Assembly (NCBI GenBank): GCA_965215265.1
Contig: OZ244048.1
Coordinates: forward strand, 1,152,001-1,216,000
Reading direction: 5' to 3'
Origin: Candidatus Poribacteria bacterium
Lineage (GTDB): Bacteria > Poribacteria > WGA-4E > WGA-3G
Length of the DNA: 64,000 bases
In this document: positions 10,256 to 20,122 of the stretch, piece by piece
Layout of the letters: each line of letters begins with the position of its first letter
Position numbering within the stretch: position 1 is the first letter of the stretch
Program-made: the position numbers and the translations under genes
Notes under the pieces: generated by a model
The model's input: only the letters and a program-made list of their open reading frames with translations
What the model was told of the DNA's origin: nothing
Database searches by the model: none

Positions 10256-10812
10256 TTTAAAAAACCGCACGACTTTAAAATCGGGTGTTCCAAAACGGAC
10301 GCGACCTCTGTCCAGGCTTCTTGGCTATCTTCACGTTCAAGGTCCGGATGAAAACCGAAATCGAGATAAACCTTGATAGCTGGGATCCGCCCTGTTGAGG
10401 TGTCAAGAAAACAGCACTTGTGGGATTGTTTCAGCCGTACCATCGCGACGGACATCAGCGGTTTGGCAAGTCCACGTCCCTGATAGGCGGGGTGAATCGC
10501 GACCCAATGAATCTGCCCCCATGCTTTGCCGTTAAAATCGAGCTGCCACCATGCCGTGATGGTCCCAATCTCCTCGCCTGTGTCAGTGGTGAGATAAAAA
10601 CTTCGGTCCTCCATCGCTAAAAAATTCCGTTTGAACTCACGCGCAAAAAGTTGGTTGTCAATGTCGATGTAAGGTTCCGCCGCTTTCTGAATCCGCGTCC
10701 AGATATGCCCCTCATTTCGTCTATAATTCCGAATGGCAAACCCTTTTGGAACCGGAAATTGCGGGATATTTTGCATGTGCTCACGGATCATTCTGATACT
10801 GTAGTTTTTCAT
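10252..10812 (-). CDS. GNAT family N-acetyltransferase
   Basis: VAIHPAYQGRGLAK motif A and AIKVYLDFGF. Start ATG 10812 avoids overlap with the upstream gene. Confidence 0.85.
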   Translation of the reverse strand: MKNYSIRMIREHMQNIPQFPVPKGFAIRNYRRNEGHIWTRIQKAAEPYIDIDNQLFAREFKRNFLAMEDRSFYLTTDTGEEIGTITAWWQLDFNGKAWGQIHWVAIHPAYQGRGLAKPLMSVAMVRLKQSHKCCFLDTSTGRIPAIKVYLDFGFHPDLEREDSQEAWTEVASVLEHPILKSCGFLK

Positions 10813-10816
10813 CGCC

Positions 10817-12025
10817 TTAGAAGAAGAAGCGGCTCGCCGCTTTCTCTTGAATTTCAGCACCGCCGTGTGCACTGCGTCGCGGGCGGACTCGTATAGTATT
10901 AACCGACTCGGTCTCGTCATCAACCAGAAGTGCCTCTCCACGCCGGTTAAGTTGTCGGATATAGCCCTTTAAATCGCCTTCCATGTAGGTTGCGCTCAGC
11001 CGGTCAAGTGCGTTGATGTCGTCCCACGTTGTAATTTTATGTGCCATAATGAGGTCACACTGTGAAAGCAGTTCCGCATCAATCGCAGAGGGTTGTTGCG
11101 TCGCGACGATAAGACTCAGCCCTGGCTGCCGCCCCTCTTTTACCCACCGGATTAACATCTCTTTACACAAAGATGCTCGCCCTTGCGGTACAAACTGATG
11201 TGCTTCGTCAATTGCCATCCAGACGTGCGGCAGACGTGTCTCCATCCCAAATTCTTCGCGGCGGCGCATCCGCGTCCGTTCCGTAAACAACCGCCTGGCG
11301 ACAATGTCCAGCACCAAGTTTCGTAAGCCTTTTGTGCCTGCGTCGATAACACTCAGATCCAAAACGTTAATGTGTTCTAGTGAAAAGACATCGGTCAGGG
11401 ATGTCGGCTTTTCAGAGAAGACGTGCCATCTTTTGGCGGCTGTCAAGCGATTTTCGAGTGCCTCTATTGTGGTGCTTTTCGCGCGTTTATCCTTACGGAG
11501 GCTCGCCAGAATGTCCGAAATATTGAAATGTTCGTGTGTCTCATGGAGTGCATCTACGGCACGCCATAGGGCGATGCCCATCGCGTTGTTGATTTCTAAG
11601 TTAAACAATTCACACCAAGCATCTGGCGATAGGTCGTGGGCATTGATCCAGAGTGAACCGAGTACGACACCGTTGGCTTGCAATCTTTCGACGATCTGTG
11701 CATCCGCGAAACAGGAGAGCGGGTCACCCGGCACAATGAGACGCACTGGAAACTTCTCCGGCAAGAGCCCGGCCTGTCTGACCTCATCCCACTGGCTTTC
11801 GTTCGCTAAAGCCATCGTGTGATAGATGCCCATCGGATCTGCAATTAACAGCACAGCTTTCCCGCGTTCCTGTGCAAACAGTTCTTCAACGAGCACCCCT
11901 AATGTGTAGCTTTTTCCGGAACCGCGTTTTCCACAGATAAAAATGGCACGGGACCCCGTGGCTCGGATATACGCTATTTCATCGCTTTCATAGTCATTTC
12001 CGACTCGCAAATTTACTTCAGCCAT
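10817..12025 (-). CDS. HerA/FtsK-superfamily ATPase (DUF87 type)
   Basis: Walker A GKRGSGKS, ADPMG, Walker B MAIDEAHQF, EGRQPG and ATQQP motifs typical of HerA. Confidence 0.85.
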   Translation of the reverse strand: MAEVNLRVGNDYESDEIAYIRATGSRAIFICGKRGSGKSYTLGVLVEELFAQERGKAVLLIADPMGIYHTMALANESQWDEVRQAGLLPEKFPVRLIVPGDPLSCFADAQIVERLQANGVVLGSLWINAHDLSPDAWCELFNLEINNAMGIALWRAVDALHETHEHFNISDILASLRKDKRAKSTTIEALENRLTAAKRWHVFSEKPTSLTDVFSLEHINVLDLSVIDAGTKGLRNLVLDIVARRLFTERTRMRRREEFGMETRLPHVWMAIDEAHQFVPQGRASLCKEMLIRWVKEGRQPGLSLIVATQQPSAIDAELLSQCDLIMAHKITTWDDINALDRLSATYMEGDLKGYIRQLNRRGEALLVDDETESVNTIRVRPRRSAHGGAEIQEKAASRFFF

Positions 12026-12040
12026 TAAAGTCCTCTCAAT

Positions 12041-13135
12041 TTATCCACGGATATCCCAAAACGGAACTAACGATTCTTGTGCCGAAATTCCTCCGTGAAA
12101 CCCCCACTCCGTCGTTTTACGTGCTTTGGCGATGGCCTTATCCCCTGTTAAAACAGTGTAGGTAGTCTCATCGGTATTCAGGGTTAAAACGTTATCTCCA
12201 CCCCGGACGGCTCCCTCTGTATATCGTGACTTGAATCGTTCCCGTGCAAGCGGCACGATGTCCTGATCGTTGTACCAGAGAATCCCGTGATCCGCGCTGA
12301 TAAACAGGCGGAATGACGTGCCTGTCTCTTGCAACGCAGCCAGCAGTGCTAAAACATCTGCTTTTAGATCTTCAAGCAGCTGAGCAATATTGGGACGTTC
12401 CCGATGTGAATGGGATACCCAATCCAGACCTGAACGGATAATCTGAACGTAAGTACGCGTCGACCATTCCGATGTCTTTATAGTTTCCAATACCTCATGA
12501 AAGGTCGTGATGCGATGCAGCTGATTCTCTGGAAATTCTGAGAAGAGGACATCGGTCAAGGCGTTGGTTGAACGTTCCCAATAAGAGAAGCCCAACCTTT
12601 TCATGTATCCGTAATCAAACAGGCGATGGGTTAAAACAGGAGACCCGATGAGCCGTTTCATGGCCTTCTCTGTGATGGTCAGCCCATCTACAAGACAGGG
12701 CTCCAGCACCGCGTTTGGAAGTTCCCAATCGGTTACCTCATAAAAGGACAAACCATCAAAAACTAACAAGACTGCTATCTGTGGTAATTCTCGCGTGATT
12801 CGTTCTGTAATCTCGGTGACAACATCGGATTGCTTCAGCAAAGTGTTAGTCTCAAAATGGTTCGGTAATGCCTTATTGACCGCGTCTACTGATGGTAAAT
12901 CGGGCAGTTCAACCGTTGGGAAACCAAAAACCTGCGTCAATTCCTCTCGTTCTGATACAGATGGGTTTACAAAGAGGGTTTGATCGGCATCAATTTCTCC
13001 GGGTGAATCAATTCGTTCTCGCCACTCTTTGACTGATGTCGGACACCAAACATCTTCGAGGCAGAGCTCCCACAAGGGACGATAGTTTTCGGGAATCTCA
13101 GTGATACAGGGGATTGTGCGTGATTGTTCTACCAT
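12041..13135 (-). CDS. PglZ-domain alkaline-phosphatase-superfamily protein
   Basis: LLVFDGLS, LTIT, LDWVSH, ISADHG and HGGISAQESLVP match the PglZ catalytic motifs. Start ATG 13135 with RBS AAGGGG. Confidence 0.8.
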   Translation of the reverse strand: MVEQSRTIPCITEIPENYRPLWELCLEDVWCPTSVKEWRERIDSPGEIDADQTLFVNPSVSEREELTQVFGFPTVELPDLPSVDAVNKALPNHFETNTLLKQSDVVTEITERITRELPQIAVLLVFDGLSFYEVTDWELPNAVLEPCLVDGLTITEKAMKRLIGSPVLTHRLFDYGYMKRLGFSYWERSTNALTDVLFSEFPENQLHRITTFHEVLETIKTSEWSTRTYVQIIRSGLDWVSHSHRERPNIAQLLEDLKADVLALLAALQETGTSFRLFISADHGILWYNDQDIVPLARERFKSRYTEGAVRGGDNVLTLNTDETTYTVLTGDKAIAKARKTTEWGFHGGISAQESLVPFWDIRG

Positions 13136-13139
13136 CTTA

Positions 13140-13682
13140 TTATCCCCTTTGTGCAAGGTTTTTGACATACCGCCACAAACCGGAGCACTGCCGTGCATAC
13201 TCGCTGACGGGTTCGAAATCAGATTCGCCGAAGTCTTGCTGCAGGAGGTGCTCTATATGAGCAACATCTGTGTCTGTCAGCGTTAGTTCGATTGGGTGCA
13301 CAGCATCGTCAATCGGACGCTGGGTAATCAAAATTACATTTGTTACCGCGCTATAGTCCTTACCGCTCCAGCGTATTTCATCATCGAGTCTACGCGATTC
13401 TTGCCGGCCGTGTGGTGCGTTGTCTATTGCTACCGTTGAATCTGAAGATACCCGCCTATTGTAACACGCTGGCGATGAAAAGTAGAGCAGGTCTGCGCGG
13501 TGATGCAGATAATGGGCCAAAAAGGTTTTGCCGACACCAGGGTTTCCCCATACGTTGATACGCCCCTCCAATCTGTGAATTGCGTTGAGGATGGAATCCC
13601 GCGTAGATGCTTGAGATGGCGTTAGCGTTTCGCTGGTTTTGGCGAATTGCAGGAGTTGTCGATGATAGGTTAACCAATTCAT
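13140..13682 (-). CDS. Small P-loop NTPase (about 180 aa)
   Basis: Walker A GNPGVGKT and degenerate Walker B VAIDN. Start ATG 13682 lies just after the upstream stop. Confidence 0.7.
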   Translation of the reverse strand: MNWLTYHRQLLQFAKTSETLTPSQASTRDSILNAIHRLEGRINVWGNPGVGKTFLAHYLHHRADLLYFSSPACYNRRVSSDSTVAIDNAPHGRQESRRLDDEIRWSGKDYSAVTNVILITQRPIDDAVHPIELTLTDTDVAHIEHLLQQDFGESDFEPVSEYARQCSGLWRYVKNLAQRG

Positions 13683-13695
13683 TTTTGATAGACTG

Positions 13696-16600
13696 TCAAG
13701 GTTTTGAACGTAACTGGTATAACTCTTCCAAACGCTCAATAATCTCAACAGGTGAATTAAAGGTTCCATCGTCAAGGAGTGGATTTACAGCGTCATGCAA
13801 CCTTTGGGTGCTTGGGCTTAAGTGAGTTTTAAACGCGGTCATATCGCTTTCAATCTTTGCCCACCTTTTATAAAGAGGCCCGCTTTTTTCACGCAGAGAA
13901 ACGAGTTCTGAAATCCAGTCCGCTAAGCTAGATAATTCTTGGTCAACGTTTTCTGTGATAAGCTTAGGTCGAATTTCCTGAAATTCTTTGGCATACTGTT
14001 CAACGTCCTGACGCAAATGAATCGCGTTAGCTTTAAGTGGGTCAGGAACTGCGTAAATCTTAATAGGGTTCAGTAAGGCGCGTGTGACGTTATCAAGTTG
14101 GCTTTGCGCAGTATCAACGAAATCCCTCAATTTCTCAACGCCCTTTTCTCTAGTTTCACGGTAGCATCCATCTCTATCAGCAGGATTCCATTTTACTCCA
14201 ACGTGCGGTTTAGCAATCAGCTCTGCCAACAATTTCTCAATGTTGGCTTGGTACGCGATAAACGCTTTTTCCTTCGCGTTTAGGAACCAATTGAATTCAA
14301 CCTTAATCCCTGAAATCTGTACTTTGAAATGTTCATGGTTGCCCAACACCTCCTTGAGGTTCAGTCGCTTATCGGCGAGATGTTGCCGTATCTTCCGTTG
14401 GACATCATCGAACCGCTCTATTAGATTCTGCACTTCTGTGTCTTTCGCGTTATGAGCCATTAGTTGTTTATCGTTCTCTACCTGGCTGGCTAAAGTGCGC
14501 CATTCCTGAAAGAGACTAAAGAGTTCTCCTGCATTTTTACCCCCCTGCTGAAGTTCCGTAATGTCCGTATCAACTCGGAAACGGTAATCGCGCAATTGGA
14601 TAGCGATATTGATTGCGTTTTGCGGCGTTGCATCTGCTTGAGACGCTCCTATTTTTGCATTGCAGGTGTCGCGAATCTCTACCTGGATTTTCCGAATCTG
14701 AGCAGAAATCTTCGTATAGGCAGATTTCACTTCGGGTTGGACGCTAAAAAAAAGAATCTCAGAGAACTCGGTCAGCGGATAGCCGGTCGTCTGTTCTAAT
14801 AGCGGTGGCACCTCAAGGCACAATGTTTGTAACTCATTAATCTTCAACCTGAGTTTGTCATACTCAATCTTAACCCATTCTGCACGCTTACCCTTTAAGG
14901 TATTTTCCGCCGAGTTGAGGTGCTGCCGCAATGCATCCTTCTGTACCTCGTCATTCTCAATTCCGCTTTTCTGGGCTAACGCCTGTGCCGAGGAAAGGTT
15001 CTCACATTGATAAGTAAAGCCTTTTGACTTTGCAAAGTCGATAGTTTTCTCTAATCCTCCTAGTTTGGATTTCAATTCGTTAAAATTGATGAATTTATCT
15101 ACTAGATAGACATATTCAATGCCTCTGACCTGTTGTTTATCCACTATCCCGCGTGCCTTGAGAATATCGATCAACGCTTCTACTTCTTCGTCAAGATAAC
15201 CTAATTTGTTGGCTTCCTGATAGAGATGAGTGGATTCCATTGCGTTAACCTGTTTTCCATCAACAGAGATGGTTTTTGAACTATTCTCAAGCCGTTCAAC
15301 AAGCCATTTTTCAAAGGGATGAAGAGTGAAATAGATCGCCACAGTTGTATTATTGTTCCGGGGCTCAATTTTCTCACGCACCGTATTACCGGAACTATCT
15401 ATTTCATCAATTCGCAACAGATTCTGGCCCGCGTCCCTATGGAAATTCCGAAAAGCTGCCATTTGCCCCATACTGAGGAGTTCAGGAATCTCCTTATTCA
15501 AGATTTTAATCGGTTCAATGCCTTGCTTTTTGCCAGAAGTGTCCGCTTTACTGAGAGCAGCTTGGTACGTTCTCAAGTATCTTTTCCAACCGTTAGAGAC
15601 GGCTAAGGCTGAATAGTTCGGAAATTGCTTTGGAATTAAAACCCTAAGGATCTCTTCTACGAAGTTTTTTCCAGCGCGAATTGATGCGAAATCTGTAGCG
15701 AGTTCCGGTCCCTCGTATACAGTTACTGCCTTAAGCTGAGGGGAAAAGAAGTAGCCAATGAGTTCATTGAGAATTCGCTCCTTCAGAAAATTAACTTCAG
15801 TTTTCTGATTTTCCCGTTCTACTATATCAACTGTTGGTGGCTGATCAAAAAAATCCAGTATGGAGAGCAGAAGCAGCGGCGTGATTGACGCAGGAAGGAA
15901 CAGTTCCCCCAATTTTCCGATCTCTGCCGGAATTTCTTGCGGATTAATGGATTTCTGCATGTTAAATTGGAACCTAAGTCCGTTTGTGGAGACCTCGCAT
16001 GAATTGGCTACCGTATCACAAGTCACATCAAAAATAAACTGGATGCGGAATTGGCTATCGGATGATAGCAGCGTTGCTTCGCGTTTTGTACCAATATTTA
16101 CGGTTAACGTTCGATCAGGGTACTCCCTCAGAACGGTTCCCTCCAAGTCGACTGTCCAAGGGATCCCTTGATCCTCGTGCGTAATACTCCAGCCTTCGCG
16201 TCCCTTTTTCAGCGTTAAAATTGCTGGGAGCACATGCTCTCTAAAAGCGCTGACAGCGTTATTATGAGCTGTGGAATCCATTGGATTAAAGGAATCTTTT
16301 AGCAGCTTAAGAATTTCGTTCAGTTTGTCTACGCCGAGCAAATCGTCTCGATAGCATGTTAATGTGGGTCCGGTTACTTTCGTGATAACGTGCTGCCCCA
16401 AAAGACCTTGAACAATGCGTTCTCTAGTCGCATCGGAAATAGCATGTTTTTGAAATAAAGCCTTGGGGATTCCTTCAGGATGAACGCACAGCAATTTGAC
16501 AAGTTTCCGGCTCTCGTCATTATTGATAGGTGGCAATTCCATTATCTGGGTGTGTGCCCTCAGTGATTCTGTCTCTTGATTGGCATAGGTAATATATCCG

Positions 16601-17670
16601 GAAAGGTAGTCTTCACAAAAATCGAAGATGGAATAGGGTCTTTCATGCTCCGTGTAATGGCGTGCGGCACGGTTGAATGTACTGACGACCGAACGTGGAC
16701 CGCTCATCAGTTCTCTGGCACGTGAATGTCGTAAAAACTGGCCGAGGGCATTTAAAACGTCGGCATCAATCGCGTTCCTCTCTGCATGAGATAGTCCACA
16801 CGAGGTCGCGAGTTTTTCCCAGAGATGCGTAGCAAACTCAGTCTGTCCGTAAAACTGCTCTAGGTCAAAACGACTATTTTTTGGTTTATCAAACCGGGCG
16901 AGGATGTGTTTTCCCCTTCTGTCGATATCCGCATGTGTCCGGCGATAGGTGAAGGTAACACAGCCGAGGGGAAGTTTCGCTTCAAAGTGGATATCGTAGA
17001 TAAAATCCTTGAGGTTATTGAAGTTTTGTGCCGTATCCAAACTCTCAAAAAGTTCAAACTCATCCGGCAAAATTAAAAGCCCTTTATAGTCCGCCTTCAG
17101 AAGGGTCTCAGTGGCAAAACGGAGATAATCTAGGAGTTGACGAGGGGATAGGACATCTCGAAGCCTTCCTTCTGTTTTCAAGCGTTCGATTGCTTTGCTT
17201 GCTTGTTCACGGGCGATCTCATCTTCATGCATCATTCTTTGTATCAGGGTTTTTTCATCAATTTCAACGACTGTCCGGCGCTTCTCTTCTAAATCAGGGA
17301 TAAGATCTGGCCGTGTCTCCGACAAACGATAGCAAACCCAACCGTGCGTCGCTGTGAGCATGTCGGCGAGGCTGTTCCATATAAACGGTGGTACGGCTAC
17401 AATCTCATTCTCTTCGGCGGACTTCCATAATGAGACTGCGGTAGATGTTTTGCCGTATCCGGTATCCGCGTAGATTAATCCGGTAGCCGATCGTTTTTTC
17501 TTAAGATTACTGAGTATTGCATTCCATCGTGTCTCTATATCTGGCATAGCGACGTAAGTTGCAACGTGAAAATCAAATCTATTTTTCCATTCCTCGGGTG
17601 AGTTCGCCAAGTCCTGAGCGGATGGCGTAGCAATAATAGGTTCCTTGGAAATAATATCTGATAACGGCAT
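13696..17670 (-). CDS. Large P-loop ATPase with a long helical/coiled-coil C-terminus (BrxC/PglY-like)
   Basis: Walker A ADTGYGKT, Walker B LILPDEFE, GPRSVV sensor-like motif; 1324 aa; in an operon with PglZ. Confidence 0.7.
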   Translation of the reverse strand: MPLSDIISKEPIIATPSAQDLANSPEEWKNRFDFHVATYVAMPDIETRWNAILSNLKKKRSATGLIYADTGYGKTSTAVSLWKSAEENEIVAVPPFIWNSLADMLTATHGWVCYRLSETRPDLIPDLEEKRRTVVEIDEKTLIQRMMHEDEIAREQASKAIERLKTEGRLRDVLSPRQLLDYLRFATETLLKADYKGLLILPDEFELFESLDTAQNFNNLKDFIYDIHFEAKLPLGCVTFTYRRTHADIDRRGKHILARFDKPKNSRFDLEQFYGQTEFATHLWEKLATSCGLSHAERNAIDADVLNALGQFLRHSRARELMSGPRSVVSTFNRAARHYTEHERPYSIFDFCEDYLSGYITYANQETESLRAHTQIMELPPINNDESRKLVKLLCVHPEGIPKALFQKHAISDATRERIVQGLLGQHVITKVTGPTLTCYRDDLLGVDKLNEILKLLKDSFNPMDSTAHNNAVSAFREHVLPAILTLKKGREGWSITHEDQGIPWTVDLEGTVLREYPDRTLTVNIGTKREATLLSSDSQFRIQFIFDVTCDTVANSCEVSTNGLRFQFNMQKSINPQEIPAEIGKLGELFLPASITPLLLLSILDFFDQPPTVDIVERENQKTEVNFLKERILNELIGYFFSPQLKAVTVYEGPELATDFASIRAGKNFVEEILRVLIPKQFPNYSALAVSNGWKRYLRTYQAALSKADTSGKKQGIEPIKILNKEIPELLSMGQMAAFRNFHRDAGQNLLRIDEIDSSGNTVREKIEPRNNNTTVAIYFTLHPFEKWLVERLENSSKTISVDGKQVNAMESTHLYQEANKLGYLDEEVEALIDILKARGIVDKQQVRGIEYVYLVDKFINFNELKSKLGGLEKTIDFAKSKGFTYQCENLSSAQALAQKSGIENDEVQKDALRQHLNSAENTLKGKRAEWVKIEYDKLRLKINELQTLCLEVPPLLEQTTGYPLTEFSEILFFSVQPEVKSAYTKISAQIRKIQVEIRDTCNAKIGASQADATPQNAINIAIQLRDYRFRVDTDITELQQGGKNAGELFSLFQEWRTLASQVENDKQLMAHNAKDTEVQNLIERFDDVQRKIRQHLADKRLNLKEVLGNHEHFKVQISGIKVEFNWFLNAKEKAFIAYQANIEKLLAELIAKPHVGVKWNPADRDGCYRETREKGVEKLRDFVDTAQSQLDNVTRALLNPIKIYAVPDPLKANAIHLRQDVEQYAKEFQEIRPKLITENVDQELSSLADWISELVSLREKSGPLYKRWAKIESDMTAFKTHLSPSTQRLHDAVNPLLDDGTFNSPVEIIERLEELYQLRSKP

Positions 17671-17687
17671 TCTACACCCCTCATAAG

Positions 17688-18524
17688 CTAAAAATCGGTC
17701 AATTGTGGTTTTTGCTCAATGACGACGTAAAGTCCGACAGATCGCTGGACTGAAATGTACGACGAAAAGCGGCGTAGCGTTTCATTGAGCATAAAATCAA
17801 ATTGGTTTTCTTCAATCAGGCAAAAACGACACACCTCGTGTTTTCGCTCTTTGTCAATTTCTACTAAGTCCCCCGGTTGGTTTCCTGCCTCTCTGAGCAT
17901 CCAGCTCAAGCCCATCAGGAAAAGTGCAGGGGAGCAATAGGTTCTATGCGTAAAGTTCGCCTTCCTGAAATTTCTTCTACCAGTTGATGTTTCACTAACC
18001 CCTTCAAGCACTGTTGGCTGAAGGGGCAAAAGCCAATCGTAGGCTCCGTTAACAGATTTACTACTAAACGCGTTCGCTATATCGCCATCAATTGCATCCA
18101 ATGTCTCGCGAACGTCATAGATGTAGGCGATTAAATCCTGAGGCTTAGGCAAGACCTGATATTCCCAAAGATAATTACACACCTGTTGATAGGCCCAGGA
18201 TGCAAGGTTTTGATCTGGCGTGTGGCACGTCCACAAGCTGTATTGCAACCCGTGCAGTACGTCAATGGCAATATCTCGCTTTAGTTCCCATAGGGAATAA
18301 AAGTCTTTCCCCTTGGAAGTAAGCATCCGTTTCCCAGGATTTGCAAGGCCCCATTCTTCGAGTAACTGCAAAACCTCAAACCGAGATCTATCAGTTACAG
18401 GTATACGGTTTTTAAGAATGGTATTAACGATATTGGAACGATCCTGAAGTCCGGGGTCATATTTCAGTACCCACAACGCCCCATGCAAATCTGAAAATCC
18501 TTTGAGAATATGTATTCTTGACAT
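17688..18524 (-). CDS. Hypothetical protein, possibly a winged-helix BrxA-like DNA-binding protein
   Basis: 278-aa ORF. 'LEEWGLA...LTSKG' resembles a wHTH wing. It sits immediately upstream of the BrxC-like ATPase. The family assignment is inference. Confidence 0.55.
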   Translation of the reverse strand: MSRIHILKGFSDLHGALWVLKYDPGLQDRSNIVNTILKNRIPVTDRSRFEVLQLLEEWGLANPGKRMLTSKGKDFYSLWELKRDIAIDVLHGLQYSLWTCHTPDQNLASWAYQQVCNYLWEYQVLPKPQDLIAYIYDVRETLDAIDGDIANAFSSKSVNGAYDWLLPLQPTVLEGVSETSTGRRNFRKANFTHRTYCSPALFLMGLSWMLREAGNQPGDLVEIDKERKHEVCRFCLIEENQFDFMLNETLRRFSSYISVQRSVGLYVVIEQKPQLTDF

Positions 18525-18538
18525 GTTTTGCTCCGGCT

Positions 18539-20122
18539 TTAGTCTGATGTTAATATGTCTGTCGTTCGGAGCATCCGGTAATAGTTACCAGAATACTCCC
18601 TTAGGATTTCCCACCGTGGGGTGCAGTGGTGAGCCCATAACTCCGACATCACTGTGAGATTGTGCATAATCCGGAGCCACCTTCCGTTTCCATCTGAAAT
18701 GTCGTCAAAGGATTCGCAGAATGGACACCGGTGCCTTGTGTGCAATTTTAGGGGTTCCAACTCATCTGAATGGATGCGAGCATATCCCCGGGTTTTACAA
18801 TCGATCATTCGTCCGGAGATAAAAGGAAAGAATATCTTTCCATACCCGGCAGTACGCATCCAACCGTTGGAGTCGAAGCTGCTTATGCCAACCTTTGCTA
18901 GGCAGAAAACGGCTGGAGGTGTTGAAATGCCGAAGCTATGAAGGGCACTACCGTTAAGTTTCGATGTGAGTCTACTTAACAAATTTAGTATATCCGCATT
19001 AATACGATTAATAGAATTCGTGGCACCACTCGTTGCAAACGAACCAAAACCGATTCGATGTGAGTCGTCGATGAGCGGTTCGTAGTTTTGCAGACAGTAG
19101 TTGATATGAGAGGGCCGTTTGGCATGCACGACCGGCATCACCTTTTTGCGGATTTCATTCGGGAGTTGGTATGCAAAACTCACACTTCCATCCACCGTCT
19201 GCCTGATTTTATCAGCAGCAGCGGACATGGAATCTTTGCTAAGCGGCGGATTGTCCGGCAAAATGTAAATGTCAGCCCAATTCTCTGTATGGTAAATCTC
19301 AAGCAGCTTGGCGTAGAGTTCGTAGTATGTAATATCCCCTTTCTGGACGAAGTAGCCGCCGGAGTCGAACATCACCTCTTCTGTTTCACCAGTGCGTTTA
19401 AGTTCTCGTACGAAATCGAAGGTTGCAGGACTAGCAAGTACTGGCGAGATAAGCAGCCGTTGGAACGGGTTCGGTTTGCCGCGGGGCCAGTGAAAATCGT
19501 GGGCGTGGGTGTGCCAGAGTTCGTAGATTTTACGTATTTCTCCAGGGGCGATCGTCGCGGAAGCAAAAAAGTGAGGGGAACTGCGCGGCTTGCTATGAAA
19601 AGCCCCGGCTCCGTTTTCGTGCAATTCCAAGCTCGGCGGCAAGGGTGGTAGATTGTAGTACCACACGTTGAGCGGACGTTTCTTCCCTGCTTCCGTATCT
19701 GTTCTCTTAAATTGGAGTTGTTCGTAAAACCTATTGGCAGGGAGCGATTGTGGGCATTTGAGCCTCACGTGCTCGCCCCCGGCGACGTTCACTAACCACG
19801 TTAACCGCTGAACGAGCCGTTTGCCGATTTTCTGTTGACGGTACGGTTTGTCAACGACAATCTCATAAAGGGTTGCGTTCTTATCCTTTCGGATACGGAA
19901 GTGCGCGAATCCGATAACGGTCTCGTCTTTCACCGCAACAAGCAGCCATCCCTTTTGCTGTGCTGCTCGCAGCGCAGGCAATATGACAAAACCCAACTCC
20001 TCTCTGTGCCGGTCCGCGACACGTTTTGCCCCGTCAACATCCTCAGGGCGCGCGAGTCGAATCGTAACCGGTTGGATTGCATTCGGCGGAGCATGGTTCT
20101 TATTTGGGGATGAGCTCTTCAA
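18539..20122 (-). CDS. GNAT acetyltransferase fused to a tRNA-guanine-transglycosylase-like (DpdA-like) domain
   Basis: N-terminal GNAT (IVVDKPYRQQKIGK, ANRFYEQLQF). C-terminal VMFDSGGY, PVVH, LHSFGI, SSFDS and zinc site HRCPFC...HN, typical of the TGT fold. TTG start with RBS GAGAGG. Confidence 0.8.
   Translation of the reverse strand: MKSSSPNKNHAPPNAIQPVTIRLARPEDVDGAKRVADRHREELGFVILPALRAAQQKGWLLVAVKDETVIGFAHFRIRKDKNATLYEIVVDKPYRQQKIGKRLVQRLTWLVNVAGGEHVRLKCPQSLPANRFYEQLQFKRTDTEAGKKRPLNVWYYNLPPLPPSLELHENGAGAFHSKPRSSPHFFASATIAPGEIRKIYELWHTHAHDFHWPRGKPNPFQRLLISPVLASPATFDFVRELKRTGETEEVMFDSGGYFVQKGDITYYELYAKLLEIYHTENWADIYILPDNPPLSKDSMSAAADKIRQTVDGSVSFAYQLPNEIRKKVMPVVHAKRPSHINYCLQNYEPLIDDSHRIGFGSFATSGATNSINRINADILNLLSRLTSKLNGSALHSFGISTPPAVFCLAKVGISSFDSNGWMRTAGYGKIFFPFISGRMIDCKTRGYARIHSDELEPLKLHTRHRCPFCESFDDISDGNGRWLRIMHNLTVMSELWAHHCTPRWEILREYSGNYYRMLRTTDILTSD

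Noticed and set aside
10817-12025. Conjugative VirB4/TraD or HerA-NurA repair module
   Set aside because: No T4SS, relaxase, nurA, mre11 or rad50 genes are nearby.
18539-20122. Housekeeping queuine tRNA-ribosyltransferase (tgt)
   Set aside because: It is highly divergent, GNAT-fused and embedded among ATPase and PglZ genes, so the symbol tgt was not assigned.
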